A stretch of 64,000 bases of DNA, taken from positions 3,248,996-3,312,995 of the forward strand of contig NC_064037.1 in assembly GCF_932526225.1 (NCBI RefSeq). Direction: 5' to 3'. This stretch comes from Nematostella vectensis. Lineage: Eukaryota. Position numbers and translations under genes: made by a program. Below, in pieces: positions 26,901 to 41,900 of this stretch. Numbering within the stretch: position 1 is the first letter of the stretch; each line of letters begins with the position of its first letter. The notes below the pieces were generated by a model, which made no database searches, was not told the origin of the DNA, and worked only from the letters and a program-made list of their open reading frames with translations.

Positions 26901-29900
26901 TTAAGATTGGTACATAATGGGTGGGGGACAAGAGCGGAGGGGGGGTGTCTTTTCTTTATGACGAAAAAGATGTACACTTTATAAAAACTTGACTGTTCTA
27001 GGGACACTAGTGAGTGATGAAATTGGTTTAATCTCATGCTAAATGCAATGCCACAAATCCTAAAAATCCTACTGATCTTGTGGGTTATCAACCACAATAA
27101 CCATAATCATCAATTTGTTATAGAGATTGCTTTGTTTATATTGTTTTGCATACTGTATGACAATCTTTTAAAATGATTTTGTTTATACATCTTTATTTGA
27201 AGGAAGGTGGTTTTTAGATTTTTATGTATGTGTAAGTGTGCACTTCAACTAAGGCTCAGTGCAATGAAAATTTGAGCTGTGCAAGTTAAATACCAAAACT
27301 GTCTGCACATGTGGCTAGTATAAATCATGAGCTTTGAGCCCTAGGTTGACATCGTTTAACCCTCCTGATGTGACGTGATACCTTGTATTTGCAGGCCAAC
27401 CCTCCTCAGTATGATAGAGCAGAGGACCTTGCCACCCTGCGCTACCTTAACGAGTCCAGCTGCCTTCACACCCTGCGTCAACGATATGGAAGTAACCTCA
27501 TCCACACTTACGCCGGACCCAACATGATTGTCATCAACCCCCAGCAGCAGCTTGCCATCTACACTGATAAGGTAAAGTAGCAACTTGCCATCTACACTGA
27601 TAAGGTAAAGTAGCAACTTGCCATCTACACTGATAAGGTAAAGTTGCAACTTGCCATCTACACTGATAAGGTAAAGTAGCAAACTTGCCATCTTCACTGA
27701 TAAGGTAAAGTAGCAAACTTGCCACCTACACTGATAAGGTAAAGTAGCAAACTTGCCATCAACCCTGATAAGGTAAAGTAGCAACTTGCCATCTACACTG
27801 ATAAGGTAAAGTAGCAAAATTGCCATCTACACTGATAAGGTAAAGTAGCAAACTTGCCATCTACACTAATAAGGTAAAGTAGCAAACTTGCCATCTACAC
27901 TGATAAGGTAAAGTAGCAACTTGCCATCTACACTGATATGGTGAAGTAGCAAACTTGCTATCTACACTTATAAGGTAAAGTAGCAACTTGCCATCTACAC
28001 TGATAATGTAAAGAAGCAAACTGAGCAGCTAGAAGCAATTCCAAGAAGTGCAGCAACTTATTCTATGCAAGATCAAATAAACTAGTTCCCTGGCTATCTT
28101 CTTCCCCAGGAACCAACATCTTACAATAATACCTCGAGTTTTAATAAGTAATAGTTTACCCCACAATGTGTTATTCTCCAAGCATCATGATCCCATTATT
28201 GCTAAGGCCTAATATAAACAGCGTTCTCTTCATGTGCTGTTCCAAGTTAAAGTATATGCAAATGAAGATAAAACAACCAACTTTGTTCATTTGCATGTAT
28301 TTGAATTTGGAAGAGTACGTGAAAAGAATGGTATCTAAACTATGCCTAAGTGTTGTGAAGCTTCCTTAAAACTGTGTTAAGCTCCCTTACAGGTTATCCA
28401 GATGCCCTGATGTCATAATGACATCATATTGTGTTGCTATGGCAACACAATATATCATTTTGTTCCTCTTTGTCAGATAATGATTCTTTGAAAATTTGGT
28501 CATAATTGCTCCAATGGTTCAAAAGTTATGGATGGGGGGGGGGGGGGGGGGGGGAGCGCAAGAGCCCCCCAGTCTGAATAGGGTTAAAACTAACTGTGTT
28601 AAGCTCCCTTACAGGTTATCCAGATGTTCCGTGGATGTAAGCAGGAGGATATGCCACCACACATCTTTGCCACAGCCCAGACGGCCTACCGCAACATGCT
28701 CGCAACCAGGATAGACCAGTCTGTGGTGCTGATGGGGTCTAGTGGATCTGGAAAGACGACTTGCGCAAAGCATATCCTCCACTACCTCTCATCGATAGCT
28801 GGCTCTTCTCACTCCCCTGTCACAGGTAACACTGCTATAATTTGGCACATGTCCCCGTTTATTCCTGCTTATAAATATATACCCTTGTATGCCACACCTC
28901 TCTCTGAGAGTCATGTTGACTTGAATCAATGATATACCACTCCTATCTCCTCCTTCAATGCCCACATTTTCTTATAAACAATTTCTGCTTTTGTCTTTCC
29001 AGATCAAAATTTCGAAGGGATCTTTGCACTGTTAGAGTCATTTGGAAATGTGCAGACCATTTTGAACAGGAATGCCACCAGATTTACACTTCTTGTGAGT
29101 CTAGACTTTGATTCAGCAGGAGGACTGACTTGCGGATCCCTGCAGGTAAGCTTGCTTGTCATGCCTGTGGAAAAAAGAATATGTGGAATTGTTGTGGTAG
29201 TGCTAGGAGAATGGTATTGACAGGTGGTGTGCCACACACCTGGTAACATAAGAGGTATAGCGGTGCTAGGTGTAAATAACTAGGACATGAGTTGGAGGGC
29301 TGGCTTGCACGACCTTTCAGATTAGTCATAGTGCAAAAGGAAATGTGATATGTAAATAACAAATAACATCCTTAAATAAAGGTGCAAGTTATGGTGTATA
29401 CAGATAGAGGCCTAGTACTTATGGACCCTTGGCTTATCTACTTGTTTTTCAGACATTTTTGTTGGAGAAATCACGGGTTGTTCGGCAAAAGGAAGGCGAA
29501 GGGACTTTCAACATATTCTATTATCTGTTGTCTGGCAGCGACCCAAAGCTAAGGTAACTAAATGCACAATAATGTACAGTAAGTACATTTGTGAGCCTTC
29601 TGCATGCCTTGTTGGAATCAGTAAATTTAGGATTTTACCCTTTTTTAAATTTGCATAGTCAGTTTTAGCTTGACATTTTGTGTGGGAAAAGTCTGGTAAT
29701 GGCCTTTAAAATTCTCTTTTTCCCCTCGAATTCTCTAAAACATAGATGCCAACCCCCGAAGTTCCAAATCAGATTTTTTGGAGAGTGGAGTTTTATAGCT
29801 TTTTTTATAGCTTCTATATTTGCAGAAACGCGACAACCAGTTTAAAGATTACCACGCATCTTTAAATTTTTCTGAAAATGCATCAATAGCTACGCATTGT

Positions 29901-32900
29901 TAGCGGCGAAAAATGTAGAAAAGAAAGACCTTTCTACTGTAAGTAGAAAGAACTGACAAAGTTCACGCTGGTATTGAATTGTGAAATTCTGTCTTAAATT
30001 GTTTAGCTGTTCAGTTGTAGGAACCATGCCCTGAGACTCTGTGACCACCATAATAGAACTATGGCTGTTTATGCTCATACTTACCAATTAATTAATTTGT
30101 TCCTTGCTTTTACAGGAAGGAGCTCCTACTTGATGCTGCCCTCAAGGAGCCAAACGATTTCATTTTAGGCTTCGACCCAGCTGTAAGTGGGGCCAGTGAA
30201 TAAACTCTTTTTAATGACCTCACATAAGCAGATTTTGTTCTTTTTTCCATTATTTGCATAGTTTAAAATAGTATATAGATCTTCAAAATGCCATCTTGTA
30301 AATTTTATGGCATTTTTGCCAAAGAATTTACCAAATTTACATTTTTTTCTTTTTTTTTAACCCTATTGAGGAACTGGTCACCTATGTTTTAGCTAACTCG
30401 CTCTAGAAGTTGTAGGCTATTTTCTGTTGCACTGCTCATGGCAGTACAGTGGTTATTGTTTGCATGTTTCCGTCATGCTACGAATATCATTTATATCTCT
30501 TTCAAAGAGTGTGGATAGTGCCAAGTGCTCAGTCAAGTGGACGGAGCTGGAATTTGCGCTCAACATGCTCGGTATCAGTGCAGACGAAGCTAAGGCGATC
30601 TGGTCTACACTGGCCGCCATCTACCACCTTGGATCTGCTGGTGTGACCATAGGTAAGTTGCATTGTTTATACACAATAAAGAAACTTGATCTTTTGTCAA
30701 CTACGTGTTTCCTATTTCCCCTCACCCGCAGGACTGCAATATAGCATCATGAACAACATAGCGACTGATTAGCTAAATTCTAGCAGCCTGCTATTTTAGG
30801 GAGAGAGGCATGACTATATATCACCTCTTTACTGGTATCTGAAATGTCCTTATATTTTCAACGTCTTTTAAACCCTGGGTTCCAGAGTCTGGAGCTTCAT
30901 TTGTTTACTACACGCCCTTTACTGATTACGAGGAGCAGATACTGTACATCTATTTTGTCCAAAGCAGCTTTATTTATGTACAAATAGAAATTCCCTAACT
31001 GATTTAGTATGCTTGGGAACCTGACTACCTGAGACAAAAACATAGGGATAAACAGTTTATGACGTATTTGTTTTTACATCTTTGTGAAGTTTTGTACAAT
31101 GTGGAGTATTTTCAAGTGTTCATTGACCTACTTTAAGGAGCGGATAGCAAGCCATACTTTGCCAACCCTGCCGCCATCCAGCGTGCTGCCACGGTCTTGG
31201 GCACCACGCCCGAAGAACTCTCAGAAATCATCTTTGCTCCGCCTCCCATCAATCAGTTCACCATACGGATGCGCAACAAGGCAGAGTCCCTGAGCACTTC
31301 CCCCTCGCCAACATCCTCTGGAGAGCCATCTCCCGAAAAACAGGCCAGGGGAGCGGCCGCCAATTTTATAGAAGCGCTAGAGGGCTTTGCTATGGGCATG
31401 TACCAGGAGATGTTCAACGCACTCATCAGGCTCATCAACAGGTTAGAAAAGGGGAAACCCAGCGGCTAGTTGGGACAGAGTCTCATTTTTTTGCACTTGT
31501 CTGTTGTAAACTCGCCGACCCCCGCCTTGTCTGGAGCTTGTCAATTACTCTGTGACTTGCAAAAGGGTTCCAGTACAGTGTGCCAGTTTGATGTCTCGTT
31601 TAACTGTTGTTTTCCCTGACAGAGCGTTGCAGTGCAGCGTTCGCAGCGTGACCACCATTCATGTGCTGGACTCGCCTGGCTTCCAGAATGCCATGTCCAT
31701 GGGTCGGGACAGTGGCGCGTCTTTCGAGGACCTCTGTCATAACTACGAGTGTGAGCGGCTGCAGAAGTTTTTCCATCACACTGTTTTCACCCAACAGATG
31801 GAACGATACGGCCAGGTAGGCCAACACACACCGTACACACACACACGCACCGTACACACACACACCGGCTTTTGATAGGCCAGATCAACTGGGGAGCATG
31901 CCCCATGTGTTGCCGTCAGTTGGGATCAGTAAAAGAGGGACTCAAGTAAAAGATGTAGAATGTGTGGGCCATACATCACATACAGTGGAATCAAAATAAC
32001 TCGAGCTACCAAAGAAAACCGAGAGAAAGGGAATCCGTATGAACCAAACCACCGAGGGGAATTGAGAATTGTGTGATACTGATGACTGGAGCCTGGAAAG
32101 AAAAAAATATATTTCGAATTATCTTTCATTTTGCTTCGGGTTAGGGGAGATGGCTTATTTCTTGCTTATACGGTACGGTATCTACACTAGATTTCCGACT
32201 CGTTGCTGCTCAACGAAGTGAACACATTCACATTCACCCCTCTGCCCCCCTCACGAACGCACGCACGCACACACACATCTTTCTAGCTGCTAACTTACTA
32301 CGTATTCGCTGTTTGGTTCACCAGGAGAACATCGAGTGTAGCTACGAGAGTGAATCTATTCCGCCAGACCCCGTGGTTAAGGTGTTTGATCGCGCAGCAC
32401 AAGGAGTGGTAAGATAGAGAGACATTTACAACAATTATTAAAGATAGCCCTGTTATTTCGTTTATTTAACTTCCACCATTGGAGAGGGTAACGCAACTTC
32501 CCACAATAATAGCGTCACGATGTGTCACACTAGCCACGTTACTTCAGTATCATGATACATACGTATAGATTGTTTTGGCGGCAAAAAAATGACTTTTCGT
32601 GTAGAATAATTAAAACTGGACGACTTCACACAACTGCAAAGTAGGAAGACAAGGCAAGAAATAGATTCTTGCTTGTCACGCCTTGAAATTACCACCACAA
32701 CTTCACATTGCTTCCGCAAAGAACGTGCGAATTGAATATATATCCCCACTTACTGAAGCACCCGTCACGACACTTGTGTCACGCTCACCTTGGTGCCCCT
32801 CTCACGCTCTCCTAAACTCTGTGTTCTTGTGCTAGACTCGCGGATCCACGCTGGACTTGAAGAGCGAGCAGAAGGGCTTGCTGTGGATCCTGGATGAGGA

Positions 32901-35900
32901 ATCCATCTTCCCGGGCGCTAATGACAGCAGCTTCTTGGCCAGACTCTACGTACACCACTGCAGCGAAAGTGAGTACTTAAGAAACGGCTCTTTGAATCAG
33001 AGTGAGTACCCAAGAAACGGCACTTTGAATCAGAGTGAGTACCCAAGAAACGGCACTTTGAATCAGAGTTTTACTCAATTGTTTCCAACTTCCCCCCTTC
33101 ACCTCCCCCATACCTCCCAAAAGAGGCCAGATACTTTCATCCTCACAAGGAACCCTCAAAGAAATGACATCCATTGCAAAAATATCTAAATTGTTGTCGA
33201 GCGCCGGTAAAGTAAAGCATAGAAGTGAGCGCGGTGGAAGACTAAGGCTTATCGCAGCAATTGAGAAAATATGTTGTCTGCACATGGCTTTCGTTGGGAA
33301 TCTCGTAATAATACCCCCACACTTCTAAATCAAGATTTTTCTTATCCCGAGTTTAATTTGAAGGGCTGGACACTGAAATTTTAACGGAAACGTTCGAGAA
33401 AGGCCTCTCAACCCTCGGGGATGCTGTTGTGTAATCGAGAGGAGTCCTGGGTAAACCAGGGTATATAACCCTCGGGGTTACTGTTGTGTATTTGTAGAGG
33501 AATCCTGGGTGAAGCAGGGTCCGAAAAAAGACACGTTCTACGTAAATCATTGCCAAGGGACGCTTCCTGTGTTGTATAACGCGCAAGGCTGGCTCAAACT
33601 CGCGAGGGAGAACGCCACCACGAAACAGGCGCGAGGCATCCTCGCGGACTCCACCAAGTGAGTTTCTTTACATTTAGCTTAAGCACCGAAAAATGTAACA
33701 GAAGAGCTGATATATATATATGTTTTGAAAATACCAGGTGGCTTCGTCGGCTTGCTAACTTTTAATGTAAAAAATTGAAAAAAAAAAAAGATGTTTGACG
33801 CTTGCTAACTTCACAAATCAGGGATAAAACCGCTATATGGTCATTTTTTTCTACGATGTTACTAAGTAGAAACCTTGTCGATTAGTTATAGCCTTTCTGG
33901 TAATTTTTGAGCATTTTCTTGTTGGCCACGGTAGCCCGCGGTTTAACCGCCAACTTTTTTGAAAATGTTTTGTTTTCTTATCTTCGTAGGAACTCGGTGA
34001 ACAGTTTATTCTCTCAGCGCAACACCGCTGACAGTATCTCGAGGTCCCGCAGTTTCAAACGCGCCACCATGAGCCCTCCGACCGCCATTAAGAAAAACTC
34101 GCAGTGTCTGCAACTCATCTATCAAGTGGTGAGTTGTACACAACACAACCACGTACTAGCAACACGATCATGTACGGGGGACGACATCGCTCGATACAAC
34201 CACGCACTAGCAACACGATCATGTACGGGGGACCACATCGCTCGACACAACCACGTACTAGCAACACGATCATGTACGGGGGACCACATCGCTCGACACA
34301 ACCACGTACTAGCAACACGATCATGTACGGGGGACCACATCGCTCGACACAACCACGTACTAGCAACACGATCATGTACGGGGGACCACATCGCTCGACA
34401 CAACCACGTACTAGCAACACGATCATGTGCTGGGGACCACATCGCTCGACACAACCACGCACTAGCAGCACGATCATGTACGGGGGACCACATCGCTCGA
34501 CACAACCACGTACTAGCAACACGATCATGTACGGGGGACCACATCGCTCGACACAACCACGCACTAGCAACACGATCATGTACGGGGGACCACATCGCTC
34601 GACACAACCACGCACTAGCAACACGATCATGTACGGGGGACCACATCGCTCGACACAACCACGCACTAGCAACACGATCATGTACGGGGGACCACATCGC
34701 TCGACACAACCATGTACTAGCAACACGATCATGTACGGGGGACCACATCGCTCGACACAACCACGTACTAGCAACACGATCATGTACGGGGGACCACATC
34801 GCTCGACACAACCACGTACTAGCAACACGATCATGTACGGGTGACCACATCGCTCGACACAACCACGTACTAGCAACACGATCATGTACGGGTGACCACA
34901 TCGCTCGACACAACCACGTACTAGCAACACGATCATGTACGGGGGACGACATCGCTCGACACAACCACGTACTAGCTACACGATCATGTACGGGGGACCA
35001 CATCGCTCGACATAACCACGTACTAGCAACACGGTCATGTACGGGGGACCACATCGCTAGACACAACCACGTACTAGCAACACGATCATGTACGGGGGAC
35101 GACATCGCTCGACACAACCACGTACTAGCAACACGATCATGTACGGGGGACCACATCGCTCGACACAACCACGTACTAGCAACACGATCATGTACGGGTG
35201 ACCACATCGCTCGACAATCACGTACACACACAATCCCGTACACGCAACCCTATCACGCACACAGCCAACACGCAACAGCTATCTAAAGATTTGCCCCTTT
35301 CCCATAATCTATAAACATAAAGCTAATTAATCAAGTAGTGATTTGCACGCAACACCTTAAAAAGTGGGCTTAACCAATATGCGCAACACAACCACGTGCG
35401 CACAACCGAAACGCAACAGCCAACCCTCCCATGGTATTTGCTATTGGTGAACGGCAACACCACATTATATGGACAGGCAGTTTGGGGAACTCATTCTAAC
35501 GGCAACCATATGGCGTTTTTTAAACAATCCATCTAAAACCAAGCAAAACAGGGGCTCTCTCGCCCATGAAGTTGTTGTCTATTTGTTTTTGGTCACTATA
35601 TGCTTTTACTGTAATAGCTAAGGATCGAACAAACAAATAAATTGCAAATTGGCAAAGCAATTTTAGGAAATATAGAGAGAGAACTAAGAGATGTGACCAA
35701 GCTCGATTACGATACACGGCCATACGTATGAACACGACCATCAGCCGAACATACACTACACATGCGCAAATGAACCGAACATGCACTACACATGAGCAAA
35801 TGAACCGGACATACACCACACATGCGAAAATGAACCGAACATGCACCACACATGCGCAAATAAACCGAACATGCACCGCACATGCGCAAATGAACCGAAC

Positions 35901-38900
35901 ATGCACCACACATGCGCAAATGAACCGAACATGCACTACACATGCGCAAATGAACCGAACATACACTACACATGCGCAAATGAACCGAACATGCACTACA
36001 CATGAGCAAATGAACCGAACATACACTACACATGCGAAAATGAACCGAACATGCACTACACATGCGCAAATGAACCGAACATACACTACACATGCGCAAA
36101 TGAACCGAACATGCACTACACATGAGCAAATGAACCGAACATACACTACACATGCGAAAATGAACCGAACATGCACCACACATGCGCAAATGAACCGAAC
36201 ATACACTACACATGCGCAAATGAACCGAACATGCACTACACATGAGCAAATGAACCGAACATGCACCACACATGAGCAAATGAACCGAACATACACCACA
36301 CATGCGCAAATGAACCGAACATACACTACACATGAGCAAATGAACCGAACATGCACTACACATGAGCAAATGAACCGAACATACACTACACATGAGCAAA
36401 TGAACCGAACATGCGCTACACATGAGCAAATGAACCGGACATACACCACACATGCGAAAATGAACCGAACATGCACTACACATGAGCAAATGAACCGAAC
36501 ATGCACCGCACATGCGCAAATGAACCGAACATGCACCACACATGCGCAAATGAACCGAACATACACTACACATGCGCAAATGAACCGAACATGCACCACA
36601 CATGCGCAAATGAACCGAACATACACTACACATGCGCAAATGAACCGAACATACACTACACATGCGCAAATGAACCGAACGTGCACCACACATGCAAAAA
36701 TGAACCGAACGTGCACTACACATGCGAAAATAAACCGAACATGCACCACACATGAGCAAATGAACCGAACATACACTACACATGAGCAAATGAACCGAAC
36801 ATGCACTACACATGAGCAAATGAACCGAACATGCACTACACATGAGCAAATGAACCGAACATACACCACACATGCGCAAATGAACCGAACATGCACCACA
36901 CATGAGCAAATGAACCGAACATTACACATGAGCAAATGAACCGAACATGCACTACACATGTGCAAATGAACCGAACATACACTACACATGCGCAAATGAA
37001 CCGAACGTGCACCACACATGCAAAAATGAACCGAACGTGCACTACACATGCGAAAATGAACCGAACATGCACCACACATGAGCAAATGAACCGAACATAC
37101 ACTACACATGAGCAAATGAACCGAACATGCACTACACATGAGCAAATGAACCGAACATGCACTACACATGAGCAAATGAACCGAACATACACCACACATG
37201 CGCAAATGAACCGAACATGCACCACACATGAGCAAATGAACCGAACATTACACATGAGCAAATGAACCGAACATGCACTACACATGAGCAAATGAACCGA
37301 ACATGCACTACACATGCGCAAATGAACCGAACATACACTACACATGCGCAAATGAACCGAACGTGCACCACACATGCAAAAATGAACCGAATGTGCACTA
37401 CACATGCGAAAATGAACCGAACACACATCACACATGAGCAAATGAACCGAACATACACTACACATGAGCAAATGAACCGAACATGCACTACACATGAGCA
37501 AATGAACCGAACATGCACTACACATGAGCAAATGAACCGAACATACACCACACATGCGCAAATGAACCGAACATGCACCACACATGAGCAAATGAACCGA
37601 ACATTACACATGAGCAAATGAACCGAACATGCACTACACATGAGCAAATGAACCGAACATGCACTACACATGAGCAAATGAACCGACCATACACCACACA
37701 TGAGCAAATGAACCGAACATACACTACACATGCGCAAATGAACCGAACATGCACTAAACATGCGAAAATGAACCGAACATGCACTAAACATGCGAAAATG
37801 AACCGAACATGCACCACACATGCGCAAATGAACCGAACATGCACTACACATGCGCAAATGAACCGAACATGCACTAAACATGTGAAAATGAACCGAACAT
37901 GCACCACACATGCGCAAACGAACCGAACATACACTACACATGCGCAAATGAACCGAACATACACTACACATGTGCAAATGAACCGAACATGCACAACACA
38001 TGCGCAAATGAACCGAACATGCACTACACATGCGCAAATGAACCGAACATGCACTACACATGCGCAAATGAACCGAACATGCACTACACATAAGCAAATG
38101 AACCGAACATACACTACACATGCGCAAATGAACCAAACATACACCACACATGCAAAAATGAACCGAACATGCACTACACATCCGCAAATGAAGCGAACAT
38201 GCATTACACATGCGCAAATGAACCGAACATACACTACACATGCGAAAATGAACCGTCCGTGCACTACACATGCGAGAATTAACAGAACGTGCACCACACA
38301 TGCGCAAATGAACCGAACATGCACCACACATGCGAAAATGAACCGAACATGCACCACACATGCGCAAATGAACCGAACATACACCACACATGCGCAAATG
38401 AACCGAACATACACTACACATGCGCAAATGAACTGAACATGCACTAAACATGCGAAAATGAACCGAACATGCACCACACTTGCGCAAATGAACCGAACAT
38501 GCACTACACATGCGCAAATGAACCGAACATGCACTAAACATGTAAAAATGAACCGAACATGCACCACACATGCGCAAATGAACCGAACATACACTACACA
38601 TGCGCAAATAAACCGAACATACACTACACATGTGCAAATGAACCGAACATGCACTACACATGCGCAAATGAACCGAACATGCACTACACATGCGCAAATA
38701 AACCGAACATGCACTACACATGCGCAAATGAACCGAACATGCACTACACATGCGCAAATGAACCGAACATACACTACACATGCGCAAATGAACCCAACAT
38801 GCACTACACATGGGCAAATGAACCGAACGTACACCACACATTCGCAAATGAACCGAACATACACTACACATGCGCAAATGAACCGAACATACACTACACA

Positions 38901-41900
38901 TGGGCAAATGAACCGAACGTACACTACACATGCGCAAATGAACCGAACATACACTACACATGCGAAAATGAACTGAACATACACTACACATGCGAAAATG
39001 AACCGAACGTACACTACACATGCGCAAATGAACCAAACATACACTACACATGCGAAAATGAACTGAACATACACTACACATGCGCAAATGAACCGAACGT
39101 ACACTACACATGGGAAAATGAACCAAACATGCACTACACCTGCGCAAATGAACCGAACATACACTACACATGCGAAAATAAAACGACGTGCACCACACAT
39201 GCGAAAATGAAACGACGTGCACCACACATGAGCAAATGAACCGAACATGCACTAAACATGCGAAAATGAGCCGAACATGCACTAAACATGCGAAAATGAA
39301 CCGAACGTGCACCACACATGCAAAAATGAACCGAACGTGCACTACACATGCGAAAATGAACCGAACATACACTACACATGCGCAAATGAACCGAACATCC
39401 ACTACACATGCGAAAATGAACCGAACGTGCACCACACATGCAAAAATGAACCGAACATACACCACACATGAGCAAATGAACCGAACATGCACTACACATG
39501 CGAAAATGAACCGAACATGCACTACACATGCGCAAATGAACCGAACATACACCACACATGCGCAAATGAACCGAACATGCACTACACATACGCAAATGAA
39601 CCGAACATGCATTACACATGCGCAAATGAACCGAACATACACTACACATGCGAAAATGAACCGTGCGTGCACTACACATGCGAGAATTAACCGAACGTGC
39701 ACCACACATGCGCAAATGAACCGAACATGCACTACACATGCGAAAAATGAATCTTTTGTTTGCTATTTTAGGACACTCTCCTCGACGCTATCCGTAAAAC
39801 CAAAGTGAACTTTGTGCGCACAATACTGCCTGTATCAACCGCTGGCCAGACTGACATCACGGATCCCATCACTAAGGCCAAGGTCTCCAAGGAGATGGCT
39901 ACCCTTGACGTGCCCATGGTGCGGCAACAACTGCGGTCAGCGGAGATGCTCGATGCTGTCAGGATACACCGTCAAGGTAAGTATTGTGTGGGGGTGGGGT
40001 GGGGGGAGGGGGGGAGGAATGACACAGGTGTGCTTCTTATGGTGTATGTTGCGAGGCAGGGCCTGATTGATGGTAAGCTGGGGGCTTGATACCCTTGGTA
40101 CCAGAGCCTCCAGACTTCTCGCACCCAGTGGCGCTCTCGCATTTTGGCTAAGCGTCACTGGACGAGAGAAGTATGGAGGCTGTGGTACCCAGGGTAGGGA
40201 ATTGATTGGTAGATGGAGGTTGATTTGTAGGTATAACCTGTGTCATGGTTGGATGAAAATGTCAAAAATATAAAAAAAACCTGGGTGATAGATATGAATC
40301 CTTCTCCTTTGTTCTAGTAGAACAACTGTAAGGTTTTATTTCGATGTCTGAAACCCCTAACTGTTTAAAACGCATGATATGACATGAAAATACTATAAAG
40401 CTAATTGCGTTTATGCTGTTATAAATGACTAAAAATCACGCTTATGTTTGACAATGGGAGATGGATTGTAGCGCGGCGCTAAGAACTGACACCCAGTCCT
40501 TCCCGGTCTTAAAACAACTCGTAGCAAAGACAAGGTGAATGCAAGGTCACGCTAGTGCGAGCTAGCATTTCAGCACCTGAGCACCAACATAGATATTACA
40601 AACATGGCATGACCATCTAGCCAAGGCTTGTCGAGCATGGGGGCTCCTCGGTATGACTGCGATCAGCTATCATGTGCAATCGAACCTCGCAAGCCGTAGA
40701 CGCAGCGTCAAAGGCTTTCCAGGTACCCTCGCCCTGCCGTACTTATAAACTTCCTAGAATTATGTCTAAGAGCAATGACCATGAATAGCGTTCTAAGAAG
40801 ACTAAATAGCAGATCTCACATCAACGTAGAGATGTTTCTATTCTCAAGTGTTTGTAAACATAATAGTATTTCTCCAATTAACAAGTGGTTCTACGTGGCC
40901 GGTATTACTGTTACCAAGGTGTTATCAAAGGGTCATGGGAATGTATTTGTCTCACGCAAACTGTACGATTTGAGTTAGACATTCGTCTTTTGTAGATCCT
41001 ACCAAACCATTCTAGCTTTGAGTTAGTTTAGTTTTTATGCATAAAATCAAAGCAAACTAAAACAACGATTGTAATAATCTCTTGGAACAATAGGTATTGT
41101 TCGAAGTAGTAAATGTCGAAGTAGTTTGTTAAGCACTTTAAGATTGGTACTTATCTCTGATTGCCGTCTTTATTGCATGGTGAAACTACTGTATAGTACC
41201 TTAGAGACCGACCAAGCTACAAATATTTCCATTTATTTATCCATAAAAAACACCAAAGATTCCCAAATATCTGTCCGGCCCAAGAAAAAGTTTTCCGCGC
41301 GAAATTTTGTTATGCAAATACAACGTGCGCAAACAACGTGTGTTGTCTTATAATAAAGTTGTGTATCAATTTATATATAGAATTTACTTAGCTGACGATA
41401 TGTGAAAAATTGAAAGTGGCGTTTTGTTTATTATATTTACTGGTACGTAACTAAATGTCATCTTTTGCAGGTGTTATTTTAACTATTAGACTGTTTAGAA
41501 TAGTCCGTACCCCTAAAAGTACCCGTTACTCTCAAATAAAGTAAAACCGCTAACTTTTATGACAAGAAACACTACCTACATCTAGGAGCCTTGTAGGTAA
41601 ACACTCCTTTGTCTCAACACGAAGCACCGCTGATTCCATCGTCTGCAGTCGCAGTCCATTGACTTCAACAGGCTTCATTATTCAGGCGTAAAACTTTGTA
41701 GCCGAGCGCATCAGACTTGTTTGTTTACCTTGCGTATAGCACTGACTGTTTACTCTGGCCTGGGCCCAGAAGTGGTGTGATTGAATCGCCGAGCAAGACG
41801 CAGTGTCCGTTGAAGCCTCGCTACTGTTTCCTTTTTTTGTTGGGGATTTCTACAGTGCGTATCTCAACCCACAGGTGAACCTGGACATGTAGGGAATTTG

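Noticed and set aside
35520-39808. Very long ORFs (up to 856 aa, both strands) across 35.5-39.8 kb
   Set aside because: They are the stop-free reading frames of the 30-bp and 51-bp intronic tandem arrays. The composition is periodic (…[10 protein letters not shown]… and …[17 protein letters not shown]…) and they lie inside a well-supported MYO18 intron.
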